Below, piece by piece: positions 25,583 to 38,295 of a DNA stretch of 64,000 nucleotides; position 1 is the first letter of the stretch; every line of letters begins with the position of its first letter. The notes under the pieces were generated by a model. That model was given only the letters and a program-made list of their open reading frames with translations, was not told the DNA's origin and did not search any database. The DNA comes from Lama guanicoe (Eukaryota). The DNA lies in the NCBI GenBank assembly GCA_013239625.1, contig MU053561.1:5568439-5632438 (forward strand). The letters run 5' to 3'. The position numbers and the translations under genes were made by a program.

Positions 25583-25930
25583 AAATAAAAAAAAAAAAAA
25601 AAAAAACATATAAAACAGAAAGAGACTCACAGACATAGAAAACAAACTTACAGTTACTGGGGGTGAAGGGGGTGGGAAGGGATAAATTGGGAGTTTGAGA
25701 CTTGCAGATACTAACTAATATATATAAAATAAACAAGTTTATACTGTATAGCTCAGGGAACTATATTTGATATCTTTTAGTAACTTATGGTGGAAAAGAA
25801 TATGAAAACAAATAAATGTATGTTCCTATATGACTGAAGTGTTGTGCTGTACACCAGAAATTGATGCAACCTTGTAAACTGACTACACTTCAATAAAAAT
25901 ATATTAAAAAAACAAAAACAAAAACAAAAA
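24750..25930 (+). mobile_element. 5'-truncated lineage-specific L1
   Basis: ORF2 peptides [21 protein letters not shown]...WEKIFA and [15 protein letters not shown]...[19 protein letters not shown], plus 3' UTR and A-rich tail. Frame disruptions present. Confidence 0.93.
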
Positions 25931-26867
25931 CACTTGCCCAAGTAGGTAACCTTTTTCCTCAGTATCCTTTTTCAGTTAAGGAAAAATTCAGCTTCTTTGT
26001 GATCTGTTAAGTAAAAATTTCAAGCCAGCATTTACTGAATAGAATTTACCTGTCTTTTACAATAGCACTCTCATTTCATTTTCATACATCTTTGCAAAAT
26101 GTTAAGTAATGAATAACACCTCCTTTGTGCTTTAAGGGTGTTTTTATCCTCTGGTCTAGCCTAAACAAAGTACCCTCTCTAGGTTCACACCATGGGAGCC
26201 AAGATTTTTTTTAACCTTTAAAGCAGTGATTATTAACCTTTTCCTCCCCACCACAAGTAAGGAATATGAATGTGTGTGAGTGTTTAAATAGCTAAAGCAT
26301 CAGCAGTGTTTACCATGTGAGCCAGCATATCCTCAGTCCTTACATGCATTAACCCTTTCAGTCCTGACAACACTATGAAGTAGGCACTCATTACCTACAT
26401 GTTTTTAAACTGAAGTACAACTGATTTATTCATTTTTATAGAAAAAGACACTAAGGAATAAAGAGAAACAAGGAGCCCAAGACCATTTGGCTATGATGCG
26501 ACTGAGTCAGAATTTGAATTCAAGCAACCTGGCAACAAACTCACTCAGGTTTTTTGGGTTTTTTCCCCCCCTAAACAAATAGAAATATACCAAATCTCAA
26601 AACCACCATTGGAGAGAAATAACTCTTTAAGAGTGAAATACCAGAGCCCTTTACTTTATAAACAAGAAAACAAGGTGCCCACTATTACCATTACACTGTT
26701 CTGGCACACCCAATAATAACACGTTCAGTTGACAGCTGTATTGTTTACTCAGGAAAGCGCTAACATGTGTTTATCGAACTTTTACTGTCATTATACAGGC
26801 ACTTTTCTCATTGAATTATGCAAGTGCTTCAGGGCAGGGACAGTGTCTTTTTTTTAAATAGTCTATT

Positions 26868-27045
26868 TTTTACCTTTTTTTAATTTGAAGTATAGTCAGT
26901 TTACAATGCTGTGTCAATTTCTAGTGTACAGCATAATTTTTCAGTCATACATGAACATACATATATTCGTTTTCATATCCTTTTTCTTTATAGGTTACTA
27001 CAAGATATTGAATATAGTTCCCTGTGCTATACAGAAGGACCTTGC
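26868..27045 (-). mobile_element. Short L1 3' end inserted into an L2 fragment
   Basis: Reverse complement of the same L1 3' UTR (tgaagtatagtcagtttacaatg...atagttccctgtgctata). L2-like cagggaca motif on both sides. Confidence 0.85.
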
Positions 27046-28429
27046 TGTTTATCAGGGACAATATCTTCATCTTTGTATCTCAAGTATCATTCCTGGCCTA
27101 TTGGAAGTAAATAATATATAAAAAATAATTTTTGAATGGATTAAAGTTGATAAAAGAGTTCTGGATTTTCCCTTAAATGCATATTGCACCATGACGTCTA
27201 GGTACAAGGAGACTATTTTGCCCAAATCCAGACACTGCTGAAAGCCAAAAAGGGTACTAGTATTCATTACACTAGAAGAATAAAGGCTATTTTGCAGTAT
27301 GAATTGGTCAGACAGACCTGTAGTTTCTTCCTTTTCACCTCTTTTCATGACCCATTAGTGTAAACCTTTCCTGCCATCTTTTAAGTCCTTTCAAGTAAAA
27401 AAAAGTTTTAAAAAAATATGTATAAGTAAAGATCTTTTAAGTACACTTATGCTGCTATTCTATTCCCCACAATGTTAAAAATCTGCAGATATCTGCCTGC
27501 ACATTTAGTTTTTGCTCTTAGCTGAAGTTATAAAATAAACTACAAATACTATGGAATGTTTTCATAGTCAAACTCTAGGAGTACATACACTTAATCTGGT
27601 TTAAGGTTAAACTTTGGGATTGCCCATATATTTTAGAGGTGGCAAAACTTTATAGGCAATTCAGAGAAGTATTTATTCTTTCTAGTAAAAAAAAGTGTTT
27701 AATCTTTCAATCTTTGTCTCTGTGACCACAAAAATCAGTTATATGTTATTTCTATGAACTTGTGCTCCAGCATTTGGGGGATAGCAGTGGTGGTGAAAAT
27801 TGGCTTGTTTACATCCTTATAAATGATTTAGCTTTCCTGTTTTGTCATCTCAGGCTTTTAAGTCTCCTATGAGCTACAGCAAAGATATTATATCATTTGC
27901 AGTGTTATTTGCAAACATAAAAGGAAATGACGGTATGTGGGTCATAGACGCCACTTACATTCTCTTGTAGACAAGGAAGCAGGAAACATAATCATAGTAG
28001 TTATAGATTTAAATGGTTTGCCTGTTGTTCCATAAAACCCTTATTTCATTTACCCCTCTAAGTCTGTGCAATTCAGCTCAGCTACTGTGAAGCAGAAAAT
28101 ATTATCAATTAGAGCCACAGTGCGTTAGTCCTGAATCACAGGGCTTCAGTACCCTGGTGTGTTATGATACCCAAAGCAATACCCTGCTTCCCGCCCCAGC
28201 ACATAGATCACAGCAGGACTAGATGTGCTCAGAGGCTAAATGTGTACTGAAAATGAATAGAGAGCAAAACCAAAAAGGGGAAAAGTTGAGAAACAAAAGT
28301 TTCTTTTAAGGTAGAAATCCAGAAAGCCATGACAATAGGAATAAAAAAACAGATATACAACCCACAACGTGTGCCCCTTTTAGTTCTATGAGCCTGGACC
28401 TCTAGGTTAGCAAAACTGGGAGTGACTAA

Positions 28430-28875
28430 TGGTCAATGAGGCCCTCGAGTCAAACCCAACATGTCTAAAGTTGAACTATTCTCTCTTTTCTCTGCCACCC
28501 AACTCCAACTTCTTGGTCAAGGGCAAGATCACTGAAAAGGCTCAAAACTGAAGTCATTTTAACTGAAGTTCAAGCCTCTTTCACCTGCATAGCAATCCAT
28601 CGACAAGTGCTTTTGGATCGTTTTTGCTTTGAAATATTTCTTATATCCAATGTTCCTTCCTCACCTCCATCACCTCACTCTAGTCCAGACCGTCACTGGT
28701 TCCTTCACGGACCCTTAGAACAGCTTTCCAGCTGCTCTCTAGCAGCACACAATCCTTCAATTTCAACCCATCCAACATACTTCGTAAGTGGTGATCTTAC
28801 CAACACACCACTTTCATTTTCCTCTCTAGGGAGCCTCAGCAGCTCCATTGCTTCAAGGCCCTCTGAAATCTAGGT
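28430..28875 (+). mobile_element. L2 fragment
   Basis: caaacccaacatgtctaaagttgaact and a pyrimidine-rich L2 body. Confidence 0.6.
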
Positions 28876-29179
28876 TCCCTCTGTCTTCCTCAGTCTTATT
28901 CATTTGGAATATTTGTTCTCCGATTTCTCTGACGTGGTCAAGTTCTTCTCTACAGAAGCCTACAAACTACAGTCTCTTCCAGCCCTTCCTTGGCCTCCTA
29001 ACCCAGTGGTACCCTCGTTTTCCCCTCTGCTATCAGAATTCTGCACGCTCAAGCCCTAGCTCCAGTCCTTTCTGTCTCTGAAGTACAGTTTGATTAACAT
29101 CGATCTTGGTCCACAAGCAAAGCACTGTGCTGTCACTGTGACTGGTTCATTCAACCTTGAACAGGGAAAGCAGAGAGAA

Positions 29180-29400
29180 GGTCACAGTGCTTAAGGGTGG
29201 GCTCCCATGTCAGATGTCCTCCTTGTGAAAATGTGACCTTCAGTTAGTTCCTTAACCTCTCTCAGCCCCAGTCTATTAACCTGTGAAATGGGGATAATCA
29301 TGGGACCTACTGATGGAGGTGTTGAGAGATTAAAGGAGGCAATCTAAATGATCAGTGCTGTGCTTGGTGTAACAAATGCCCAATAAGTGTTAGATGTTAT
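29180..29400 (+). mobile_element. MIR SINE
   Basis: cttaacctctctcagccccagtctattaacctgtgaaatggggataat core. Confidence 0.8.
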
Positions 29401-29659
29401 AATTCCTGAGACATTTGCTGAGTCCAGGCTCAAGGGCTCTGCCTCCAGGAGTTCACAATAATCCAGTGGAGGAGAGAGACTCATTGCGTGTGTGCACATG
29501 TGTGTACACACGGGGCGGGGAGGTGGAGTTGGGGGATGACGCTGAAGGATAGAAGCATCATTAACCAAGGCAACTAAGGAACCCAGGAGAGAGATCAGGT
29601 TAACAAAGGGAAGACCGTGTGGTTGCTTTGGGAAATGTTCACTTTGAGGTGCCAGCAGG

Positions 29660-30156
29660 ACATTAATGGAGCCATGGTGGTCACATATATTTGGTTTGCC
29701 CCTACAGGTCTGCTTTTCATCCTCCCCCATTCTGCCATGGGCTCCAGGGGTACCCATGTGAGAAACTCCATCCATAGCCTGCTGTGCCCTCTGCCTTCTG
29801 TTTGAGTTGGCCAGTAGGGAGCCAAACAGTACGTAGGAAGGAAGGAAGAGAATGAGGTCTGGGTATTTATTTCTCTTTTTTTTTCCCCAGTGAGGCCACT
29901 GTCAGCTGACTGTGTCCCTTGTTAGACGATCACTGTTCTCTCAAGGCAGTCTGCTCTCCACAACTCTCTCTTCTTCTAGGTTCTAGTGACTTCTCCCTCT
30001 CCTCACCCCTTGGGACTCAGGGCTGGTAAAAGTGGTTCACCACCCTGCGTGGTTCCCTTATCCCCAAACCTTTGTTAATTGTCTCTTTGTAAATTAACTC
30101 AAATGATCGCAGTTTACAGGAGCCATCTGCTTCCTGTTGGGCCCCTAAGTGATAGA
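29660..30156. mobile_element. ERVL-class LTR (LTR33/LTR41-like)
   Basis: Terminal gccatctgcttcctgttgggcccctaagtgataga and internal gagttggccagtagggagcc...gaggtctgggtatttatt motifs. Confidence 0.6.
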
Positions 30157-31781
30157 CCATGCTGATCTGTGACTTCAGGTCTCGAACTTGGAAGAGAGGT
30201 TTTCAGTTTAAGCTGGGTGAAATGAGATTGCTGACTGAGAAGTAGGTGAGGAAAAGAGCATCAGAGGCAGAACCCTGGGTGACCTCCACACAGTGAGAGA
30301 GAAAACACACCAGCTTTTAAGAGTGAAAGTAATAATTCTCCCTTCTTGTGACCCTAATGATCCTCAACAACACATTTTCAGAAAGATACAGAAATGCAGT
30401 AATTCGACTGACAGAGCAGTTATTTTAAAACATCACCAGGGTGCGTGACAGCTTGGACTTGCAAACAGGTTCTGAGTTCATCATGTGTATATTTGTGTAG
30501 GAACTTCAGCGTTCACATTTAATTTTATTTTTTAATAGGTAAGATAGTCACATGCTTCAAAAAGTAAAAATAAAAAGATACACTTAGAGTCTTTCCCATC
30601 TGTCCCCACTCACCTTGTTGCTTGTCCCCTGCTTTCTCCAGTATCATTTTTTATTAGTTACTTCTTCTGCCCACGTTTCTTAATGTAAATACAAGCTAAC
30701 ATAACAATACAGCGTATCTTATTTTCCCTCTTTCCGACACAAAAGGCATTCTACTAGATGTATTATACCTTGGTTTTTTTCACTTAGTTTATCCCAGAGA
30801 TACAGAGTATCTATTAGTGCTCCTTAGGGACGCTTCCTTATATTTTTATAACGTCTTAGAATTCCTGAGTGGAGGCACCATGTTTATTTGTTTATTTACC
30901 AAGATGTAGGGGAGCTTTAATGAGTGCTGCCTGCCAGCCACCAGTCCCTCACAACAGCTCTGAAACCTTCCCCTCCCCACAAGCGTCCAGCGTTCCATCA
31001 CCATTGGCTTCTCTTCAGGGCTTTGTCTCTGTGTCAGTAGAGAAAATCGAGGCCTTCAGAAAGAGCCTCCTCAATTTCCTGTTATCAAATATGAAAACCC
31101 ACCTACGATTCCCCTGACCCTGTTCTCCCCTCAGGCTGCAACATGGAGACTTTTCACCTCTTGCTGAATGCCAGTCTTTTCATCTTTTATTAGGATCCCA
31201 TCCATCTCCTTTCAGTCCTCTCAGGACCGACACTGCTGCTGACCTTAGTTTCTCTCTTGTATATCAAACTTTTCCCTCACAAATTGGATCATATGAAACC
31301 ACAACAACCCCTTGGCTCTTCTCTCTCCAGCTACTGCCCTGTCCCTCTATTCTCCTCGAGACAAACTTCCTGGGAGGGCTGTCCACAGTCAAGATTTCAA
31401 TTTCCCTGCTTGCTACTCACTCCTCAATCCTTTTCAGCCCAATTCCACCCCCATCAACCCACCGAGGCTATTCACACCAAGCTGCCAATGACCCTCAGGT
31501 CATTCAACAAATGTTTCCATCTTACTTGACTTCACAGCAACATTTAATACCCTGATTCTCTCCCTTTTGGAAATACTCCCTTTAATGACACTACATTCTC
31601 CTGGATTTCTTCTTCCATGGTTACTTTTTCTCCATATATGAAGAATGATTCTTAGTTCATAGTTAGGTGCACAAGGAATGGAGTCTGAATAGGGTGAGGT
31701 GAGCGAGACATTCAGACTTCCTCACTCAGGTACAAAATTTAAGGGGCTGATGAATAACTCCATAAATAAGAAGTAATATTT

Positions 31782-32196
31782 CCTAGAGATTGTCATTCTA
31801 AGTGAAATAAGCAAGCAAGAAAGAAAAATACTGTATGATATCACTTATATGTGGAATCTAAAAAAAAAAAAAAAAAGACAAACAAACTTATTTACAAAAC
31901 AGATTCAGACATAGGGGAAAATAAAAAAAGATGGTTACCAGAGCAGGATAGGGGTGGGAAGGGATAAATTGGAAGTTTGAGATTTGCAGATACTAACTAA
32001 TATATATAAAACAGATAAAAAAATGTTCATACTATATAGCACAGGGAACTATATTCAATATCTTGTAGTAACTTATGGTGAAAAAGAATATGAAAACAAA
32101 TATACGTATGTTCATGTATGACTGAAGCATTATGCTGTACACCAGAAATTGACACATTGTAAACTGACTGTACTTCAATAAAAATATATATACAAA
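31782..32196 (+). mobile_element. 5'-truncated L1 3' end with 14-bp TSD
   Basis: TSD aagaagtaatattt at 31768-31781 and 32197-32210. Confidence 0.92.
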
Positions 32197-32558
32197 AAGA
32201 AGTAATATTTAATGCAAAACTTTAAAAATTCAATGCCAAAAAATCCACATTGAACAAAGTATCAAAATTTTAACAAAAGCTAGTGCTGTGCTGATTCAGA
32301 TTGGAGCCTGAGGCAAAAGAAAAATGTATGACTCTATACATATGCTTTTATATATTCTGTAATGATTAGTTTGTTTCCTGAAAATTAAAGTTTTAGAAAA
32401 ATATTTAAAGATTGAAAAGCAGATGTAGTAACACATTTTTAAGTTTGAATATAATTTTATTTATATCCAAAAGGAATTGATTATAATTTTACTTGAAGTT
32501 AATTAAGACTTATTTAAGATTGTCACTTGGTCAAAAGACATTTTAAAACATGGCAATT

Positions 32559-32680
32559 ATTTTTGAAAATGAATATATATGTATATGTATGACTGAAACA
32601 TTATGCTGTACACCAGAAATTGACACATTGTAAATTGACTATACTTCAATAAGAAAGAATGCAGAAAAACCCAAAAACAA
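32559..32680 (+). mobile_element. Very short L1 3' end with imperfect TSD
   Basis: gactgaaacattatgctgtacaccagaaattgacacattgtaaattgactatacttcaataa, flanked by aaaacatggcaatt / aaacccgtggcaatt. Confidence 0.85.
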
Positions 32681-33172
32681 AACCCGTGGCAATTCTGTTA
32701 CTATCTCAATTGAAAATAAAGTAATCAAACAATTAGTGTTTGAAAATATTGTCGGCAATTTTGCTTCCAATAAAGCCAGGGACATATTTTTCCCTTTGTC
32801 TCAGATTCCAATAAGGTACATCATGGAACTCCCAAGAAATATCACATTTTATTCTATTTTAAAACCAAAATTCAAACTCTTTCCTACTGTCCCACCAGCC
32901 TGGTGAGAAATTTAACCTCTGTTGTTTTCGGAGCTCCCCATCCCAGAGCTGGGCAAATATCTGGAAGCCATCATTACCCCCAGTGTATGCGGGAGGGCCT
33001 TCTGCTCATTGGCCATCAATTCTAATTGCCTCCAAAACACGCTTGCCAGGTTGACCCCGGGCCTGCAGGCTCAGTGGTTCTGCTGCATCTAAGGTCTCTG
33101 AAAGGCCCTGGGAACTTTGCTAAGGTTGGGAGCTCAAGCCACATGTGGGCCTTTACAATTCAAGACCCTTCA

Positions 33173-34301
33173 CAATAAACAAATGGGACCTAATTAAACT
33201 TTTAAGCTTTTGCACAGCAAAGGAAACCATAAGCAAAACAAAATGATAATCTACGGAATGGGAGAAAATTTTTGCAAAAGATGAAACTGACAAAGGCTTG
33301 ATTTCCAGAGTACAGAAGCATCTCATACGACTTAATAAGAGAAAAACAAACAACCCAGTCCAAAAATGGGTAGAAGACCTAAACAAGCAATTCTCCAGTG
33401 AAGACATACAAATGACCAATAGGCACATGAAAAAATGCTTAATATCACCAATTATCAGAGAAATGCAAATCAAAACTACAGTGAGGTATCACCTCACACC
33501 AGTCAGAATGGCCATCATTCGAAAGTCCACAGATGATAAATGCTGCTGAGTGTGTAGAGAAAAGGGACCCCTCCTACACTGCTGGTGGGAATGTAGTTTG
33601 GTGCAGCCATTGTGGACAACAATATGGAGATTCCTCAAAAGACTAGGAATAGATTTACCATCTGAGCCAGTAATCCCACTCCTGGGCACATATGCAGAAG
33701 GAACCCTGCTTCAAAAAGACACCTGCACCCCAACGTTCATAGCAGCACTATTTACAATAGCCAAGACATGGAAACAGCCTGAATGTTCAACAGATAACTG
33801 GGTAAAGATGTGGTATATTTATACAATGGAATACTATTCGGCCATAAAAATGACAATATAATGCCATTTGCAGCAACATGAATGCCCCTGGAGATCATCA
33901 TTCTAAGTGAAGTAAGCCAGAAAGAGAAAGAAAAACACCATATGATATTGCTCATATTTGAAATCTAAAAAAAAAAAAAAGACAAATGAACTTAAATATA
34001 AAACAGAAACAGACTCATAGACATGTAATACAAACTTGTGGTTGCTGGGGGTGGGGGTGGGAAGGGACAGACTGGGAGTTTGAAATTTGTAGATATTGTC
34101 AGGTATATATAGAATAGATAAACAAGTTTGTACTGTATAACACAGGGAAATATATATATAAGATCTTGTGGTAGCTCACGGTGATAAAGAATGTGACAAT
34201 GAATATATATATATACGTTTATATATGGCTGAAAAATTGTGCTCTACACTGGAAATTGACACAACATTGTAAACTGACTATAACTCAATTGAAAAAAAAA
34301 A
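33173..34301 (+). mobile_element. Young 5'-truncated L1 with 11-bp TSD and pure poly(A)
   Basis: ORF2 C-terminal peptides ([25 protein letters not shown]...TCTPTFIAALFTIAKTWKQP). TSD aagacccttca at 33162-33172 and 34302-34312. Confidence 0.95.
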
Positions 34302-34559
34302 AAGACCCTTCAGGCCTCTCTCCTCATGCCTCATAGTTTCTCCTTGCCTTCTGGTCATTGATCAAAAACTGCAAGAGGCTTTAACTTCAGGATCCTTTTA
34401 CTTTAGGCCCTGCCAAGATCCCTGAAGCCAGGAATAATAAAACCAGGCTATCAGCTTAACATGGGAGGAAAGGGGAAAATTAAGAGTGAAAGCAAAAATT
34501 AATATTTCTACAGATTATGCTGCCACATCAGGCTCTTTTGCACGTTCATCTTCCTTCTT

Positions 34560-35395
34560 CCCCCTTGTCCTCCACTGTAGGAGTCCCGCCAGGCTGGGCC
34601 CACGGCCTCACTCCAGTCTCTCCCAGATAATCTCATTCACTTCCCTGGGTGGAGTTCCCATCCATAAGCCTATGACTCCCTGTTTTGTTTCCCTGGCCCA
34701 GACTGAGCCCCAGAACAACATATCCAACTGCTCAATATCTCCATTTGGGTATCTCTCAGCGACGTCAAACTAAATATACACAGTGCCACACTCACAGTCT
34801 TCCCTGCTCCAATCCAGTCCTTCCCCAGCACAGTCAGAATCTGAGCAGTCACTCTAGATTGCTCTCACTTCCCTGCCTCCCATTTCCTACATCCCTCAAT
34901 CCCGGCCACTTCCTCTCCTACCCAGCTCTCGAATTCAAAATAGCTCCATTTCTGTCTCAGCTACCATCTTGACTTTTGTGTAAACCTCCTAACTGGTCTT
35001 CCCTGCAACCTATCTGGGCCTCCTTCAATCTCCTTCAGTATCTGAGCATGTCACCTTGTGGCTTAAACTCTGCCCAGGCTTCCCGTTGCTGCTGGAAATA
35101 CACCAAAACGTGTGATGGCTCCGCTTGACCTGACCTCCCCCTGCTTCTCTCCTCCCACAGCTCACCTGGCTCCATCTTCCTGCCCTCGGATCCCTGAGCC
35201 CGAGTCATGCAAGCTGTGCTTCCCTACACCGCACCCGTTTCTCGTTTTGTCATTACATACTCATTTGCATGATTATGTGATTAATGTCTGATTCTCCCTC
35301 TAGTCTACATCCTCCATGAAAACAGATTGTGTATCCCCAAGGCCTCACAGAGCCTGCAACATTATGTACAAGTGTTCGTGGAAAAATTATTGTCT
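34560..35395 (+). mobile_element. L2 fragment(s)
   Basis: catatccaactgctcaatatctccatttgggtatctc...gtcaaactaaatat and cctcctaactggtcttccctg motifs. Confidence 0.7.
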
Positions 35396-35469
35396 GTATC
35401 ACATTATGTCTTTGAGAGTTAAACCCTTCAGAAGCTTCAAAGTGTATCTGTAAGGATTTTTTTCTCTTT

Positions 35470-36015
35470 CAATAGCAATTGAGAATTACCATGTTCCAGA
35501 CACAGTTTTTAAGTTCTTTACATGTATTAACTTAGTTAATCCTCACTCTAAGCCTAGAAGGTAAATGCTATTTTTATCCCCATTTTAAAGATACTGAAAC
35601 TGAAGCACAGAGAGGTCAAACAACTCGCTCATGATCTCATTGCTAATAAGCTGTGGCGCTAAGACTCTAATCCAAAAGTTCTGCTTTGGACCTTGTGTCT
35701 ATTTGGCAAATATTACTGAGCAAAGTAGCAGGCACCACAACAGGTATGAGCTAGAACATCTTTGAAAGAGGGATGTATAGAAAAGAAAGAGATTAATGCC
35801 TGTTAAAGCGTGAGAGACATCAGATGGAGTAGGTACCCCATCGTAGTTAATCCTCTCCAAGTGGAGCAAGCACGGTATGGTTATGCCCATTTTATAGACA
35901 AGGAAGAGGAGGCTGAGAAAGTTTGAGTGGCTGATGGAAAATCACAGAAGCAGTGGAAGGCATACCTGGAATTCAAAGTGAAGTCAGTACAACTCTAAAG
36001 CTAGTGCTCTTCCCG
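35470..36015 (-). mobile_element. Two MIR SINEs
   Basis: atccccattttaaagatactgaaactgaagcacagagaggtcaa and cccattttatagacaaggaagaggaggctgaga. Confidence 0.8.
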
Positions 36016-36099
36016 TCCGTTGTTGAAGTTGCTTCCAGAGAAAGCTGTTTGAGACTGGTCTCCTTCCACCGCATGCTGGTCAGCTGATTTATCTACTGG

Positions 36100-36425
36100 T
36101 TCCATGACTCACAATTGTTAGCGAGCATAAGGATCACCTGGAAAACTTGTCGAACTCGTGGATTCCTGGGTTTCACCATTAGAGCTTGCGGTGTAGGGTG
36201 GAACCCTTTAACCTGTGATTTTAAACAAGCACCCCAGGTGATCCTGGTATAGATGATTCTAGTCTGGTGGCTCCAAACCTTTAGCAATAAACAGAATCAG
36301 CTGAACAAGCCAATAAAGCACAGATTGTTGGCTCCGCTCCTAGAGTCTCTGATTCAGAAGATCTGGGGCAGCCCGAGAATTTTAATTTCTGACAAGTTCC
36401 TGGGTGATATAGAAACCAGCTCTTA
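36100..36425. mobile_element. hAT-Charlie MITEs (MER5-like), two adjacent pieces
   Basis: atcacctggaaaacttgt...ttttaaacaagcaccccaggtgatcctg and agagtctctgattcagaagatctggggc...tttctgacaagttcctgggtgat. Confidence 0.7.
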
Positions 36426-37787
36426 AGCTCCACTAATCATCCTAGGACAAGACCCTGTGAGATATTTCACTGGTTTTATTTAATTCAATTCTCCTTGATT
36501 CCACCACTTTTTAAGCAATTTCCAAAATACACATGCCTCCACTCTGCCATCCTTCCATACCCTCCTCTTTGAGAATTATAGAAAATAGCAGATTTGGGAA
36601 CCTGGAGAAAATTTATCTTAGGGTGAAATCCTTCAGCAGCTTTAGACAGAGAAGCTCCTACTTTCAAAATAATGGGATCTTTGTACAAAACAGCCAAAAA
36701 TTAGATGTCTTTAAGTAGGACTGAAATAGTGAAAGCAATACTTCAATTTTCTAACCTATCCTGTTTAAGATTTAAAAGGCAGGAAAATTAATTTCTGTTC
36801 AAATATGTGTTTGTGTGTGTTTGTGAGTATATTCAATAAAATACAGTTTGCATTTAAAGTTGTTTAGCTTTAACATATAATATTGTACATTAAATATATT
36901 TGAATTTTTTAAGTATGATACTGTAAAATAAATGAAGTTTAAAAAGTAAGAAAGTTGTTTAGCTTTTAGGACCTTTGGAGGGCAAAGTGTCAGACATATT
37001 TCATATGGGGGAATATTTTAAATTAAAATAAAAAATAGGTTTAAAATTTTTAATCTTCTACCATTCCACTGGGAAACTTGTCTTAGGTTATCTCATGTTG
37101 TCCAAGATGTGAAAAGATAAGGCATGTGTGTGTGAGAGTGTGTGCAGGTAGAAGTGTGTTAGCTTCGCCTGATTTCATGGTCTAAACTCAGTAAAGTGCA
37201 CAGAGTAAGCAGAAAAGCATAAAGGATGAAGATCGCATGATTCAGGGCCCATTTACTTGATGAATTTTTGATATGTTAGGTAATCTTTTCAGCATGGGTG
37301 ATCTATGAAGATATTTTCCATAAAGGCCTTTGGTGAATGAGTTTCTGATGAAATGTACTTCCAGACCTCGGTATCTTCAGAAATAATTTAGGCCTTTCAT
37401 ATTTTTGAATTTAAAAAGTGATTTATGTTTCTTAAAGGCATCCATGAGGAGAGCTGTCAACTTTCCATCTTGAAAAAACCTTTACTAAGATCAATGTCTC
37501 CACCAAGCCTCCTCTTCTGACCCTCCTGTTCCTCATTCCAAAGCAATGAACTCACATCACCCAAAATCCCACTTCCCTGTAGTAATGAAACTCAGACGTC
37601 CGATTTACCTTCCTAACTCTTGTATATGCTTTGTTGACTGAAAATCAACCTAACTTCGTTTATTTTCCCTTTCTTTTTACCACTTTCAGCTTAAATACAC
37701 ATAAGGAATGCTTCTTTCCTACAGCTATCCACAGGAAGTGAGTAGTTTAAAATGACCAAATCAAATGTCTTGGTGTGTAAGGAATGA

Positions 37788-37883
37788 GGGTTTTTTGTTT
37801 GGTTTGTTTGGAGCTACTAGGGCTTGAACCCAGGACGTCGTGCATGCTAAGCACACAGTCTGCCACTGAGCTATACCCTCCCC
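37788..37883 (-). mobile_element. tRNA-derived SINE (camelid Vic-1 type)
   Basis: Reverse complement of the 16648 element (gggcttgaacccaggacgtcgtgcatgctaagcacacagtctgccactgagctataccctcccc) with T-rich tail. Confidence 0.85.
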
Positions 37884-38059
37884 ACCACCCCTGGGAATTC
37901 TGTTTTTGTAGAATCTTGATGATTAAGGTTTCTGAGAATGCCAATGACCATTACGAGTCTTTTCTTTTCTCTATTAAAATAGACCCAACTTCAGGAAAAC
38001 TTGAGAGGTGTACCCCACTAAGTGGCAGGCTGGACTAATTGGACTCTTCCACACAAAGT

Positions 38060-38295
38060 GGTTGAGGGCAGAGCTGGCAGGCAGATGGGCTCTGCAATCA
38101 GACTGCACGTGCTCAATCCTGGCTCCCCCAGCTACTTGTCATGTAAATTTGCATAGGTTCCTTTACTTCTCTGCGTCTCATCTGTAAAATGAGATTCTAA
38201 TAAGTACCTATTTCAAACGGTTATTCTGAAGAGTCAGAGACACTTGGAACAATGTCTTGAACGTAATGAATGCTCAGTATTAGTGGTGCTTGTGT
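38060..38295 (+). mobile_element. MIR SINE
   Basis: gggctctgcaatcagactgc...ctcatctgtaaaatgagattctaataagtaccta. Confidence 0.75.

Larger units (their letters stand above)
31690..32830 (+). mobile_element. hAT-Tip100 DNA transposon relic (Arthur1-like) with transposase C-terminal remnant, interrupted by two L1 insertions
   Basis: 5' part gggtgaggtgagcgag...tacaaaatttaagggg resembles Arthur1. Remnant peptides LKLIKTYLRLSLGQ (from 32493) and ISIENKVIKQLVFENIVGNFASNKAR (from 32703). Confidence 0.75.

Noticed and set aside
25551..25610. Long internal poly(A) tract suggesting a retrocopy or 3' transduction
   Set aside because: It lies at the A-rich position just after the ORF2 stop, which is also present (shorter) in the other L1 copies, so it is a simple expansion.
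38012..38030. CTCF-like motif ccactaagtggcag
   Set aside because: It mismatches at a core G position and is not supportable without ChIP data.
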